This document shows positions 34,328-43,949 of a stretch of DNA of 64,000 nt, piece after piece (position 1 is the stretch's first letter; every line of letters starts with the position of its first letter). The notes beneath the pieces are model-generated. The model was not told the origin of the DNA. It did no database searches and saw only the letters and a list, made by a program, of their open reading frames with translations. Made by a program: the position numbers and the translations under genes. The stretch comes from Cyclobacteriaceae bacterium (GTDB taxonomy: Bacteria; Bacteroidota; Bacteroidia; Cytophagales; Cyclobacteriaceae): NCBI GenBank assembly GCA_019638255.1, contig JAHBUD010000002.1, positions 164,092 through 228,091 of the forward strand. The letters run 5' to 3'.

Positions 34328-34513
34328 TTAAAGGGACTGCTGCTTTTTCGCTGAAGAGGATTTTTTATCCCCTTTCTTATCCTCAAACAGCATGCGTACC
34401 GAAGGTGTGTACGTATCATCATACTGGCCACTCTTCATGCTCCAGTAAAAGATAAGCAGAAAAATTATGGCGATGGAAAGACTGATCGATATGAGCAGGA
34501 TGATAATTAACAT
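34328..34513 (-). CDS. ccoS: cbb3-type cytochrome oxidase assembly protein CcoS
   Basis: 61 aa with one TM helix followed by WSMKSGQYDD. Confidence 0.85.
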   Translation of the reverse strand: MLIIILLISISLSIAIIFLLIFYWSMKSGQYDDTYTPSVRMLFEDKKGDKKSSSAKKQQSL

Positions 34514-34517
34514 GATC

Positions 34518-36944
34518 TCAGGATAATGGGTTGACTTTTAATTTCCTGGCGGCCGCTACGTTAACGGCCACAGTAGTAAACACCACAACGCTAATGCTGC
34601 TGAGCGGCATTAGTATGGCTGCCACCAACGGAGTGAGATGCCCCGAAACCGCAAAGCTTAATGCAATGGCATTATACATGAACGAAAGCACAAAGCCAGC
34701 TTTAACAATGGTGGTAGCTGACTTGGCCAAGGCTAAAAACCGGTCGAGTAAGCCGATTTGGTCACCCTGAAGAATCCCATCGCATGCAGGTGTAAAAACA
34801 CCGGTATCATCCGTTACGGCAATACCCACATCGCTTTGTTTTAATGCACCGGAATCATTCAGGCCATCGCCCAACATCATCACCTTCTTACCGCCATGTT
34901 GAAGATTACTGATGTAATTCAACTTGTCGTGCGGACTTTGTTTAAAAAGTAGTTGAGCAGTTGGATGAAATAATGTACTCATCAGCACCTTATCAGCTTT
35001 ACTGTCCCCCGAAAGCATCGCCTCACATTTCTCACCCAACCGGCTCAACATGCCCTGTATATTTTTTCGCACCGCTGTACGAATGCTAAAATACCCTCGC
35101 ACATCATCATTCACCGAAACAAACACAGTTGATGACAGATCGTCCATATTTTCATGGAAGTTTGTAAACTGTGCAGAGCCAATGCGAATGTACGATCCGC
35201 CTATAGTACCTTCTATACCTTTCGCGGAAATCTCTTTAAAATCTTTTACTTGTTTAGTTGGTTGCTTCGGTGTATTCGCATGCACTAATTTGCTGAGCGG
35301 ATGCGTAGAGTATCCTGTAAGGATATTAACCCAACCCATTTCCTGATCAGAAAGTTCACCAGTAAATTCTATTTCAGGATCACTTCCATGGGTAACCGTT
35401 CCGGTTTTATCGAAAACCACTGCATTGATGGAAGCCATACGTTCAATCACATCAGCATTTTTGAGGTATAGATTATGGCGGCCAAATACACGTAACATAT
35501 TACCATAGGTAAAAGGCGTGGTTAATGCCAGAGCACATGGGCATGCCACTATTAATACTGATGTGATGATTAACCAAACCTGCGATGCATCTGTAACATA
35601 CCAATACGTGGCCGTAACCAGCGACAACCCCAGTATTACCCAGGTGAATCTTCTGGCCGCGCGATCAATCAATCGCTTATACTTGCTCTCCTCCGGCTTT
35701 TGAAATACATCTTTATTCCACAAGCTGGTTAAATGGCTTTGAGAGGTTTTCTTCTCTACCACAAGTTTCACCGGCTGGCCGATAAGCTTACCTCCGGCAT
35801 AAACCAATTCGCCTGGCTTCACCAAGGTGGGCTTTGATTCACCGGTAACAAAACTGTAATCGATGAAGGCTTGCTCATCCAGCAGCATACTATCGGCCGG
35901 AACAATTTCCATGTTACGGATCTTAACCTGATCGCCTTTGGCAAGATTATAAACAACAACCGGCTCCCATTCTTCCTCTACCGAAACAGTTTGCTTTTTC
36001 AATCGAAGTACAGCCAATGGAAAATAGGATTTGAAGTCACGGTCGAACGCAAGGCTTTCATAGGTTTTGTTTTGAAACCATCGGCCGATCAAAAGGAAGA
36101 ATACCAACCCGGTAAATGAATCCATATAACCAGGGCCGTAGCCGGTAACAATGTCCCATACGCTACGAAGAAATAAAGCTACAAGACCAACCGCTATCGG
36201 AACATCAATGTTGATTTGACGCTGCCGGAAACTCTTCCAGGCGGATGATAAATAATCGATATCACTATAGAGGAACACCGGAACGGATAGCAAAATATTT
36301 AGCCACGAAAACACATGGATCAATGAACCATCAGCAACTTTGTCCAGCCCAAGGTACTCAGGGAAGCTGAGCAACATTACATTACCGAAACAGAAACCTG
36401 CAACTGACAATTTCAACAGAAGCGATTTGTCGTATGTTGTGGTTGTGCCTTTCTTCTCCTCCGAATCCAACTTAATGGATGGAGCATACCCCAATGAGGC
36501 CATCAGCTTGGCCACACTGCTGAGGGTAACTGAATCCGGCTTAAAATCCACCGTAACCGATTTTTGAACGAAGTTTACCTCCGACCGAAGTATACCGGGT
36601 TTTAGTTTCTGAAGATTTTCAAGCAACCAAATGCAAGATACGCAGTGGATAGCTGGTACATAAAAACGCACCCGCGCGAATTCACTCGAGTCGAAGGAAA
36701 GGAGTTTCTTGCGGATTTCCTTTTCATCCAGGTATGCATACGTCTCTTCTGATACATACCTTAACTGCGTACCCGGATTCTTTTCCAGCGCATAGTACTC
36801 ACACAAATCATTCGAGCTTAATATTTCATAAACCGTCTGACAGCCATAACAACAAAAGGGTTTATCATCTTTCCAAAGTGAATCATCACAAGATTCACCA
36901 CAGTGATAACAGGCCAGATCAGTTTGTACAAGGGTTTCCATCAA
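34518..36944 (-). CDS. ccoI: Copper-translocating P1B-type ATPase, CcoI/FixI type
   Basis: 808 aa with an N-terminal CYHCGESC...FCCYGCQTVYEIL, the TM motif CPC, DKTGT and GDGLNDS. ccoS follows it. Confidence 0.9.
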   Translation of the reverse strand: MMETLVQTDLACYHCGESCDDSLWKDDKPFCCYGCQTVYEILSSNDLCEYYALEKNPGTQLRYVSEETYAYLDEKEIRKKLLSFDSSEFARVRFYVPAIHCVSCIWLLENLQKLKPGILRSEVNFVQKSVTVDFKPDSVTLSSVAKLMASLGYAPSIKLDSEEKKGTTTTYDKSLLLKLSVAGFCFGNVMLLSFPEYLGLDKVADGSLIHVFSWLNILLSVPVFLYSDIDYLSSAWKSFRQRQINIDVPIAVGLVALFLRSVWDIVTGYGPGYMDSFTGLVFFLLIGRWFQNKTYESLAFDRDFKSYFPLAVLRLKKQTVSVEEEWEPVVVYNLAKGDQVKIRNMEIVPADSMLLDEQAFIDYSFVTGESKPTLVKPGELVYAGGKLIGQPVKLVVEKKTSQSHLTSLWNKDVFQKPEESKYKRLIDRAARRFTWVILGLSLVTATYWYVTDASQVWLIITSVLIVACPCALALTTPFTYGNMLRVFGRHNLYLKNADVIERMASINAVVFDKTGTVTHGSDPEIEFTGELSDQEMGWVNILTGYSTHPLSKLVHANTPKQPTKQVKDFKEISAKGIEGTIGGSYIRIGSAQFTNFHENMDDLSSTVFVSVNDDVRGYFSIRTAVRKNIQGMLSRLGEKCEAMLSGDSKADKVLMSTLFHPTAQLLFKQSPHDKLNYISNLQHGGKKVMMLGDGLNDSGALKQSDVGIAVTDDTGVFTPACDGILQGDQIGLLDRFLALAKSATTIVKAGFVLSFMYNAIALSFAVSGHLTPLVAAILMPLSSISVVVFTTVAVNVAAARKLKVNPLS

Positions 36945-36986
36945 ACGTTATTCGTGATGTCAGCTAAAAAAAGATACATCAAAAAA

Positions 36987-37826
36987 TTATTTTTTTATGG
37001 AGTATGTCCAGATCGGGCACTCAACATGATTCACTACATCCTCCGCGACACTGCCGCTAAAGAAGTGTGCTAATCCTTTTCGCCCATGGGTGCCCATGGC
37101 AATCATATCAGCACCGATGTCCTGCGTAAAATTATTGACTCCGGCTTCTTCATAAGGATCATTGAACACATTAATGGTGTAGTCCTTCAGCATAAACCGC
37201 TTGGCAAAAGCGTTCAGCCGCTTTAGGGTAATGGTATCGCGTGTAAAGTTTGTGGGGGTGTTAATCCACACAATGTGCAGTTTCGCCTTAAAGAAATTTT
37301 GTAAGGCTTTTACCTTAAGCACAAGATCCTCCTGGTTTTCTGTGTTAAGGGTATTCGGAAATACGATGTTCTTGATCGATAATGCCTTCGTATATTTTTT
37401 AATAGCGATTACCGGTACCGGTGAGTTGCGTACCATTTTTTCAGCATTTGATCCGATCAGTACTTCGCGAACACCACTGGCGCCCCTTGTACCCATCACC
37501 ACCAAATCAATATTCTTATCGCTTATGTAGTCAAAAAGCATGCGTGTTACCGGACCAAAGATCACTTTGTTCTCCAGTTTCACTTTACCAGTTACATACT
37601 TCTCACGCATCTTCTTAAACTGTTTCTCCGCCTTTTCCCTTAACTCCTTGAACAAAGCTTCTTCAAAGGCCACAACTGGCATAAGTACGGAATCATGCAA
37701 TACGGGAACCTCCACCACATTGATCAAATGAATTTCTCCTTTGGATTGAGCGGCAATATCTAACGCGAAACGAAAAGCGCTTACGGCTTGCTCGGAGAAG
37801 TCGCAGGGAACAAGTATTTTTTTCAT
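36987..37826 (-). CDS. Tandem-domain universal stress protein
   Basis: 279 aa with two UspA-like halves, each ending in G(T/S)xGxxG...GSV/GSN motifs. Confidence 0.85.
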   Translation of the reverse strand: MKKILVPCDFSEQAVSAFRFALDIAAQSKGEIHLINVVEVPVLHDSVLMPVVAFEEALFKELREKAEKQFKKMREKYVTGKVKLENKVIFGPVTRMLFDYISDKNIDLVVMGTRGASGVREVLIGSNAEKMVRNSPVPVIAIKKYTKALSIKNIVFPNTLNTENQEDLVLKVKALQNFFKAKLHIVWINTPTNFTRDTITLKRLNAFAKRFMLKDYTINVFNDPYEEAGVNNFTQDIGADMIAMGTHGRKGLAHFFSGSVAEDVVNHVECPIWTYSIKK

Positions 37827-37902
37827 GACCTTCGGGGATTACTTTCAATAGTAAAATTACCTGCTTAAGTTCTGAATTTCGTGACGGTAATCATAGCTAA
37901 AA

Positions 37903-37916
37903 CTGATTAAAATCAC
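37903..37916. promoter_or_regulatory. FNR-like box CTGAT-TAAA-ATCAC upstream of usp-ccoI-ccoS
   Basis: Read directly. It is centred about 83 nt upstream of the usp ATG. Confidence 0.4.
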
Positions 37917-37986
37917 GGTAAAGATGCCAACCAGTCTGTTTAAGCAAACAAAAAATCGGTTATCCAGAGCAAAGAGAACTGCTTTG

Positions 37987-38886
37987 CTAGGCAAGGACCT
38001 GACCAAGCCCAAATAAAATAACAAAAAGCAGGGTGGATAACGCCATTTGTTTAAGGTAGGGATCAAGTTCGTGTGTTGCCTTTTTTTGTACCGCCATGCC
38101 GTTGCGGATAAAGAGCGGAAGGGTAAACAAAAACAGCAATTGCCAGCCTGAGTGGTAGCTTAAAAAAACATAAATAAACGCAGCCAAAAGCCCACCTATC
38201 AGCAAAAACCAATGGTAAGCTGTTGCCTTTTCTTTGCCTATGCGAACCGGGATAGAAAATTTACCAGCTACTCTATCCGATTCGATGTCGCGTATATTGT
38301 TGATGTTGAGTACACCCATTGAGAAAAGGCCACAACTTAGTGCGGGTAGTACTTGCAGTGGATTAACCTGCTGCGTGAACAAGTAAAGTGAGCCAAGAAC
38401 GCCAACCAATCCGAAAAATATGAGTACCGAAAAATCGCCTAACCCGATGTACCCGTACGGCTTCTTACCAACGGTGTAAGCCACTGCAGCCAAAATACTT
38501 AGCAACCCCAAACAAAAGAAAAACAAAAAAGCATTCCAGTTGAGGCCAAATGATAGGATGAGCAAGGCTATACCGCTAACCAGGCATAACGCAACAAATA
38601 CAATCAATGCATTGCGCATCTGCGCAGGAGTGATTGCACCAGATTGAACGGCACGCTGAGGACCCTTTCGGCCATCATGATCGGCACCATGAACAGAATC
38701 ACCATAATCGTTGGCCAAATTGGAAAGTATCTGAAGCAACACGGTAGTGATTGCACAGAGAAGAAAAATATCTGTTCGAAAAGCGCCCTGCGAAGCAGCC
38801 AGGAAACCTCCCATACCGATGCACGCCAAGGCCAATGGCAAGGTTCTTAAACGGAAGGCGCTGATCCAAGGCTTGATGTTCTCCAT
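37987..38886 (-). CDS. menA: 1,4-dihydroxy-2-naphthoate polyprenyltransferase
   Basis: 299-aa UbiA-family protein with the NDYGD motif and the typical MenA N-terminus (WISAFRLRTLPLA). Confidence 0.85.
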   Translation of the reverse strand: MENIKPWISAFRLRTLPLALACIGMGGFLAASQGAFRTDIFLLCAITTVLLQILSNLANDYGDSVHGADHDGRKGPQRAVQSGAITPAQMRNALIVFVALCLVSGIALLILSFGLNWNAFLFFFCLGLLSILAAVAYTVGKKPYGYIGLGDFSVLIFFGLVGVLGSLYLFTQQVNPLQVLPALSCGLFSMGVLNINNIRDIESDRVAGKFSIPVRIGKEKATAYHWFLLIGGLLAAFIYVFLSYHSGWQLLFLFTLPLFIRNGMAVQKKATHELDPYLKQMALSTLLFVILFGLGQVLA

Positions 38887-38902
38887 TCGGGTACAAAAAT
38901 AA

Positions 38903-39307
38903 TTATTTATTCCTCAAGGCATCTATCGAATACCGACCCGGACCGATCAGAAAAATAGCGAGGTATGGAATCAAAAACGATATGGCATGTTCTCGCTCTA
39001 TAATGGTTTGACCGGAATGGGCATAAAAAGTTGCTACCAGCATGGTAATAATAGATGGAATAAGCGCAAAACGGGTAAAAAGTCCGAAAACAATAAAAAC
39101 CGGACAAACCAATTCTCCGAAGATGGTAAGGCTTAAGGAAGCGGGGCTTCCAATATGAAAGGGATCGGGGAATGACGCTGCGCGTTCCTCAAAGCCGGTA
39201 AATTTCTTCCAGCCGTAGTGCATCATAAACAGGCCAGAAAAAAGCCGAAGTAAAAGAACTCCGGCATCAATCGAAAAAGGTTTAATACTGAGTAATCTCC
39301 TGAACAC
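38903..39307 (-). CDS. DoxX-family membrane protein
   Basis: 134 aa with 4 TM segments and the LLRLFSGLFMMHYGWKKF pattern. Confidence 0.75.
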   Translation of the reverse strand: MFRRLLSIKPFSIDAGVLLLRLFSGLFMMHYGWKKFTGFEERAASFPDPFHIGSPASLSLTIFGELVCPVFIVFGLFTRFALIPSIITMLVATFYAHSGQTIIEREHAISFLIPYLAIFLIGPGRYSIDALRNK

Positions 39308-39312
39308 TATTC

Positions 39313-39867
39313 TTACAGAATTTTATCCATAATAGGCTTTTCATAAGCCTTTACATTTGAGTTAAAAAAAGTAACAGTGGTACCGTCTTCACTGACCAGG
39401 TATTTGGCAAAGTTCCAATCGGGAGTTTTGCCTGTTTTTGCTTCCAGCCATTTGTAAAGCGGATGCTTCTCCTTTCCCTTCACCGATATTTTTTCGAACA
39501 TTTGGAAAGTAACGCCATAGTTGCGCTCACAGAATTCAGCAATATCCTCATTGGTGCCGGGCTCCTGCCATAAAAAATTGTTAGCCGGAAAGCCAAGCAC
39601 CACTACATCATTGGCATGTTCCTCATGTAGCTTTTGTAAATCGGCATATTGTGGCGTTTTACCGCATTTCGATGCTGTATTTACAACCAACAACTTCTTC
39701 CCTTTGTATTGCGAAAAATCAATTTCTCGTCCGCTCAGATCGGCTATCTTAAAATCATAGATTGAGCCTGTGGCCTGTAATGGTTCAGATTTCGAAAGTT
39801 TGTTCGATAAGAATGCGGCTAATCCCATAGCGATAACAGTGAAGAGTATGATCTTAGTTAATTTCAT
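39313..39867 (-). CDS. Glutathione peroxidase (Cys-type) with an N-terminal signal/anchor
   Basis: 184 aa with VNTASKCGKTPQY and FPANNFLWQEPG motifs. Confidence 0.88.
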   Translation of the reverse strand: MKLTKIILFTVIAMGLAAFLSNKLSKSEPLQATGSIYDFKIADLSGREIDFSQYKGKKLLVVNTASKCGKTPQYADLQKLHEEHANDVVVLGFPANNFLWQEPGTNEDIAEFCERNYGVTFQMFEKISVKGKEKHPLYKWLEAKTGKTPDWNFAKYLVSEDGTTVTFFNSNVKAYEKPIMDKIL

Positions 39868-40351
39868 CCAGTATTTGCTTATCCATCGGACTCACCTTTG
39901 AAGCAAAAAACTTCACGGTGCCATCAGGCTTGACAAGGTATTTACAAAAATTCCAGGAAGGTTCACTTCCAGTTTTCTCTTTTAGAAATTTATAAAGTGC
40001 ATGCTGATCATCACCCTTTACCGAGATTTTTTCAAACATCTGAAACTTCACACCATAATTTTTCTGACAAAACTCGGCAATCTCCAGATTGGAGCCCGGC
40101 TCCTGTCCGCCAAAGTTGTTGGCCGGAAAACCCAACACCACAACCTTGTCGCCATATTGCTCATGCAGTTTTTCCAGGTCGGCATACTGCGGAGTGTAAC
40201 CGCACTTGGAGGCTACGTTAACAATCAATAAAGTTTTGCCTTTGTATTTGGCAAAGTCAATTTGATCACCATCAATGGAGTTCATTTTGAAATCGTAAAT
40301 TGAAGAATTGCTCATAATAAAGGAAAGAAAAATAGCAAATACGGTTTTCAT
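39854..40351 (-). CDS. Glutathione peroxidase (Cys-type), tandem paralog
   Basis: 165 aa with VNVASKCGYTPQY and FPANNFGGQEPG. It overlaps the next paralog by 14 nt. Confidence 0.88.
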   Translation of the reverse strand: MKTVFAIFLSFIMSNSSIYDFKMNSIDGDQIDFAKYKGKTLLIVNVASKCGYTPQYADLEKLHEQYGDKVVVLGFPANNFGGQEPGSNLEIAEFCQKNYGVKFQMFEKISVKGDDQHALYKFLKEKTGSEPSWNFCKYLVKPDGTVKFFASKVSPMDKQILDEIN

Positions 40352-40422
40352 AACTTTTTAGTTTAGCAATATAGAAACAAGTGTACAAGTAAAATTGTTT
40401 CGAGCCTTGAAGTTCGGACTTT

Positions 40423-40953
40423 TTACCTGATTATCGGGTCAGAAATGCGAAAAATATACACCGCATTATCCCTGTATACGGTTTGTTTTTCGATGCTCAT
40501 TCCATTTTTAATGGCCACTTTTTGTGATGGTAGGTTCGAAAGACTGATGATCGAAATTAATGATGGGGTCAATTTATTTTTAAACGCGTAGGCTTTACAC
40601 TGTTGAGCAGCCTCAATGGCGTAACCTTTGTTCCAGAATTCAGGCAGTAAGGAATATGCAATTTCCAGCTCCTGCTTTTCATCCACTTCCTGAACCAGTA
40701 AGCCTGCGTGGCCAACCAAACGTCCGGACGACTTTTCAATCAGTGCGTTCATACCGCCAAGGTCGTGGGCATACCGATGGAATTGTTTTTCATACCACTT
40801 GGCACAAGCGTCCTCAGGCGTTTGCTTCTCCTCTACCCAATGAAGTCGTGTCAGCGGGTCTTTGAAGAACTCAAGCCAGTCATCGAAATCTGATGACTTG
40901 ATTGATCGAAAAATCAGTCGTTCGGATTGCTGGTTTTGGAGAAGGTATTTCAT
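40423..40953 (-). CDS. GNAT-family N-acetyltransferase (RimJ/RimL-like)
   Basis: 176 aa. The length, an acetyl-CoA-binding-like WNKGYAIEAA region and the overall GNAT pattern support the call. Confidence 0.75.
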   Translation of the reverse strand: MKYLLQNQQSERLIFRSIKSSDFDDWLEFFKDPLTRLHWVEEKQTPEDACAKWYEKQFHRYAHDLGGMNALIEKSSGRLVGHAGLLVQEVDEKQELEIAYSLLPEFWNKGYAIEAAQQCKAYAFKNKLTPSLISIISLSNLPSQKVAIKNGMSIEKQTVYRDNAVYIFRISDPIIR

Positions 40954-41014
40954 TACAAATTTTTTACCGCTGAGGTCGCAGAGAATTCGTATAGGGCCAC
41001 AGAGCTTAAATAAA

Positions 41015-42802
41015 TCACATCCGTTCCGGAACGCGAATACCCAATAAACCCATGGCGTGCTTAATTACATGCGCCACCACTTCACTCATGGCAATCCTGA
41101 ATTTCAATTTCGACTGATCGGCCTCATTGAAAATAGGAATGGTCTGATAAAATTGGTTGTAGGTCTTCGCCAGTTCGTAGGCATAGTTGGCAATTACCGC
41201 AGGCGAATACAGGTTAGCTGCTTCCAGAACTTTTTGTTCGTATGTAGTAAGCAGATAGAGTATGTCGCGCTCGGATGGCTCCAGTGAGGCAACGTTACTT
41301 AAATCGTTAGCCTGCGCTGAAATATTCATTGTAGCTGCTTTGCGCAAAATGGCCTTGATGCGGGCATGCGTGTATTGTATGAACGGGCCGGTAAAACCTT
41401 GCAATTGAATTGACTCATTCGGATCGAAGAGCATGCGCTTTTTCGGATCAACTTTCAGCAAGAAGAATTTAAGTGCACCAAGACCGATCATTTCGAACAA
41501 TTCATCCGCTTCAGCCTTACTTAAGCCTTCAATCTTGCCAAGTTCCCGTGTTTGCTTTTCGGCTTCTTCAATCATTTCAGTCATCAGGTCATCAGCATCC
41601 ACCACCGTGCCCTCACGACTTTTCATTTTGCCCGTTGGCAAATCGACCATACCGTACGACAGGTGATAACATTTCTTTGCCCATTCGTAGCCAAGCCTGC
41701 CCAATATCAAGAACAATACTTTAAAGTGATACTCCTGCTCATTGCCCACCGTGTAAACCTGCCCTTCAATTTTTGGGAAATCGCGGAAACGCAAAATAGC
41801 CGTACCGATGTCCTGTGTCATGTACACAGATGTTCCGTCTGAACGCAACAATACTTTCTGATCCAATCCATCGGAAGTAAGATCAACCCAAATGGAACCA
41901 TCCTCTTTTTTGAAGAAAACCTCAGCATCAACCCCTTTTAATACTTCTTCTTTTCCCAATAAATATGTGTCCGATTCATAATAGAGTTTATCAAAATCAA
42001 CACCCATCTTCTTGTAGGTAGCATTGAAACCAGAATACACCCATCCGTTCATCATCTTCCACAATGCCACGGTTTCCGAATCTTTTGCTTCCCACTTGCG
42101 CAGCATATCAACAGCCAGTTGCATAATGGGCGCCTGCTTCTCGGCCTCTTCCTGACTTACTCCTTTATCCGTTAGCTCTTTTACCTGCGCTTTAAAATTT
42201 TTATCGAACGTTACATAATACTTTCCAACCAGGTGATCGCCTTTTATACCACTGCTTTCTGGTGTTTCATCGTTTCCATAAAGTTTCCATGCAGCCATCG
42301 ACTTGCATATATGTATACCACGATCGTTGATGATCTGTACCTTATGCACGTTGTAGCCGCAAGTTTTATATAATTCCGATACACTGTAACCTAAAAAATT
42401 ATTTCGTAAATGACCGAGGTGCAGCGGCTTGTTTGTATTCGGTGACGAATACTCCACCATGATTTCCTTACCATTAGCTGCAAGCTGCCCGTATTGCTGA
42501 TTGGCGTAAACCGAAGCAAAAACATTAGCCCACACGTTATCTGCTACAACAAGGTTTAGAAAGCCCTTTACCACATTAAACCGGGCGATCATTCCAGAAT
42601 GTGCCACCAGATAGTTGCCGATGGCATTGGCAGTTTCCTCCGGTTTCAGTTTAGATACTTTGGTAAGCGGAAAACAAACCAACGTATGGGAACCTTCAAA
42701 TTCCTGGTTGGTTGGCTGAAGCTGAAGTTGCTCAACAGATTGATTAAACAAGCTTTTTACAGCTTTTTGTATTTCTGCTCGTAAAGTTTGGTCAAGATTC
42801 AT
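41015..42802 (-). CDS. argS: Arginine--tRNA ligase
   Basis: 595 aa with the class I HIGH variant PLHLGHLRN and the typical ArgS C-terminal anticodon-binding end (...VPERM). Confidence 0.93.
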   Translation of the reverse strand: MNLDQTLRAEIQKAVKSLFNQSVEQLQLQPTNQEFEGSHTLVCFPLTKVSKLKPEETANAIGNYLVAHSGMIARFNVVKGFLNLVVADNVWANVFASVYANQQYGQLAANGKEIMVEYSSPNTNKPLHLGHLRNNFLGYSVSELYKTCGYNVHKVQIINDRGIHICKSMAAWKLYGNDETPESSGIKGDHLVGKYYVTFDKNFKAQVKELTDKGVSQEEAEKQAPIMQLAVDMLRKWEAKDSETVALWKMMNGWVYSGFNATYKKMGVDFDKLYYESDTYLLGKEEVLKGVDAEVFFKKEDGSIWVDLTSDGLDQKVLLRSDGTSVYMTQDIGTAILRFRDFPKIEGQVYTVGNEQEYHFKVLFLILGRLGYEWAKKCYHLSYGMVDLPTGKMKSREGTVVDADDLMTEMIEEAEKQTRELGKIEGLSKAEADELFEMIGLGALKFFLLKVDPKKRMLFDPNESIQLQGFTGPFIQYTHARIKAILRKAATMNISAQANDLSNVASLEPSERDILYLLTTYEQKVLEAANLYSPAVIANYAYELAKTYNQFYQTIPIFNEADQSKLKFRIAMSEVVAHVIKHAMGLLGIRVPERM

Positions 42803-42826
42803 AGGAGACTAAAGTATTAAGATGTA

Positions 42827-42862
42827 AGTAGTAAGATTGGGGGCATCGTGTGTCTTACTACT
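42827..42862. terminator. 10-bp hairpin between the deoxyhypusine-synthase-like gene and argS
   Basis: AGTAGTAAGA-16 nt-TCTTACTACT. There is no clear U-tract. Confidence 0.35.
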
Positions 42863-42882
42863 AACGTCTTGCGTCCTAACGA

Positions 42883-43860
42883 TTACATGTCAAGGATGTA
42901 TGCAAAAATCAAAGGTGCCACAATCGTAGCATCCGACTCAATAATATATTTCGGTGTATCAATGCTGAGTTTGCCCCACGTAATTTTTTCATTTGGCACC
43001 GCACCTGAATAAGAACCATACGAAGTAGTGCTATCGCTGATCTGGCAGAAGTAGCTCCAGAACGGAACGCCATCGCGCTCCAGATCCTGATGTAACATAG
43101 GCACTACGCAAATCGGAAAATCACCAGCAATACCGCCACCGATCTGGAAGAAACCTATCCCATCCTTTCCAGCGTTTTCAGTGTACCAATCGGCTAACCA
43201 AACCATATATTCAATACCACTCTTCATGGTAGAGGCTTTCAACTCACCGGTTACACAGTATGACGCAAAGATGTTACCCATGGTAGAATCTTCCCAACCC
43301 GGAACAACCATTGGTAAGTTCTTTTCAGCAGCTGCAATCATCCACGAATTTTTCGGGTCGATTTCATAGTACTGCTTCAAGTCACCGCTGTTCAGCAAAC
43401 GGAACATGAACTCGTGCGGGAACAACCGCTCGCCCTTATCTTCCGCATCTTTCCACACTCTAAACAAATGAGCCTGCAATCTGCGAAAGGCTTCTTCTTC
43501 CGGAATACAGGTATCGGTAACCCGGTTCAGGTGGTTTTGTAAAAGATCCCACTCCTGTTCAGGTGTAAGATCGCGGTAGTTCGGTATTCTGCGATAGTGC
43601 GAGTGCGCCACCAGGTTCATAATGTCCTCTTCCAGGTTGGCACCTGTGCAGGAAATTATATGAACTTTATTCTGGCGAATCATTTCGGCAAAACTAATTC
43701 CAAGCTCGCCTGTACTCATGGCACCGGCCAGGGTCACCATCATTTTCTTGCCTTCAGCAAGGTGCTTTTTATATCCTTTGGCGGCATCCACAAGGGCTGC
43801 TGCGTTAAAGTGGAGGTAATGCTTTTCAATAAATGCTGAAATAGGACGGTTTTGGCTCAT
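42883..43860 (-). CDS. Deoxyhypusine synthase-family protein (bacterial homospermidine-synthase-like)
   Basis: The ORF track gives 42883-43920. The likely start is the ATG at 43858-43860 (MSQNRPISAF). The DHS-like blocks TLAGAMSTGELG and GGGIAGDFP are present. Confidence 0.8.
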   Translation of the reverse strand: MSQNRPISAFIEKHYLHFNAAALVDAAKGYKKHLAEGKKMMVTLAGAMSTGELGISFAEMIRQNKVHIISCTGANLEEDIMNLVAHSHYRRIPNYRDLTPEQEWDLLQNHLNRVTDTCIPEEEAFRRLQAHLFRVWKDAEDKGERLFPHEFMFRLLNSGDLKQYYEIDPKNSWMIAAAEKNLPMVVPGWEDSTMGNIFASYCVTGELKASTMKSGIEYMVWLADWYTENAGKDGIGFFQIGGGIAGDFPICVVPMLHQDLERDGVPFWSYFCQISDSTTSYGSYSGAVPNEKITWGKLSIDTPKYIIESDATIVAPLIFAYILDM

Positions 43861-43949
43861 GGTTCGCTGAATTTTTATGGGTGCGAAAATACAGAAACAT
43901 AACCAAACTGGTCTTGCCAATGATGATTTTTGAATACCAGAGTTTTGGA

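Noticed and set aside
37857-38066. 69-aa ORF in and around the usp-menA gap
   Set aside because: It overlaps the 3' end of menA in another frame, has odd composition and has no start context. It is spurious.
39313-40351. Selenocysteine recoding in the two glutathione peroxidases
   Set aside because: Both encode Cys at the active site (ASKCG) with no in-frame TGA, so they are ordinary Cys-type enzymes.
42803-42882. T-box or other leader RNA for argS
   Set aside because: There is only a single 10-bp hairpin and no specifier/antiterminator architecture. It is more simply the terminator of the upstream DHS-like gene.
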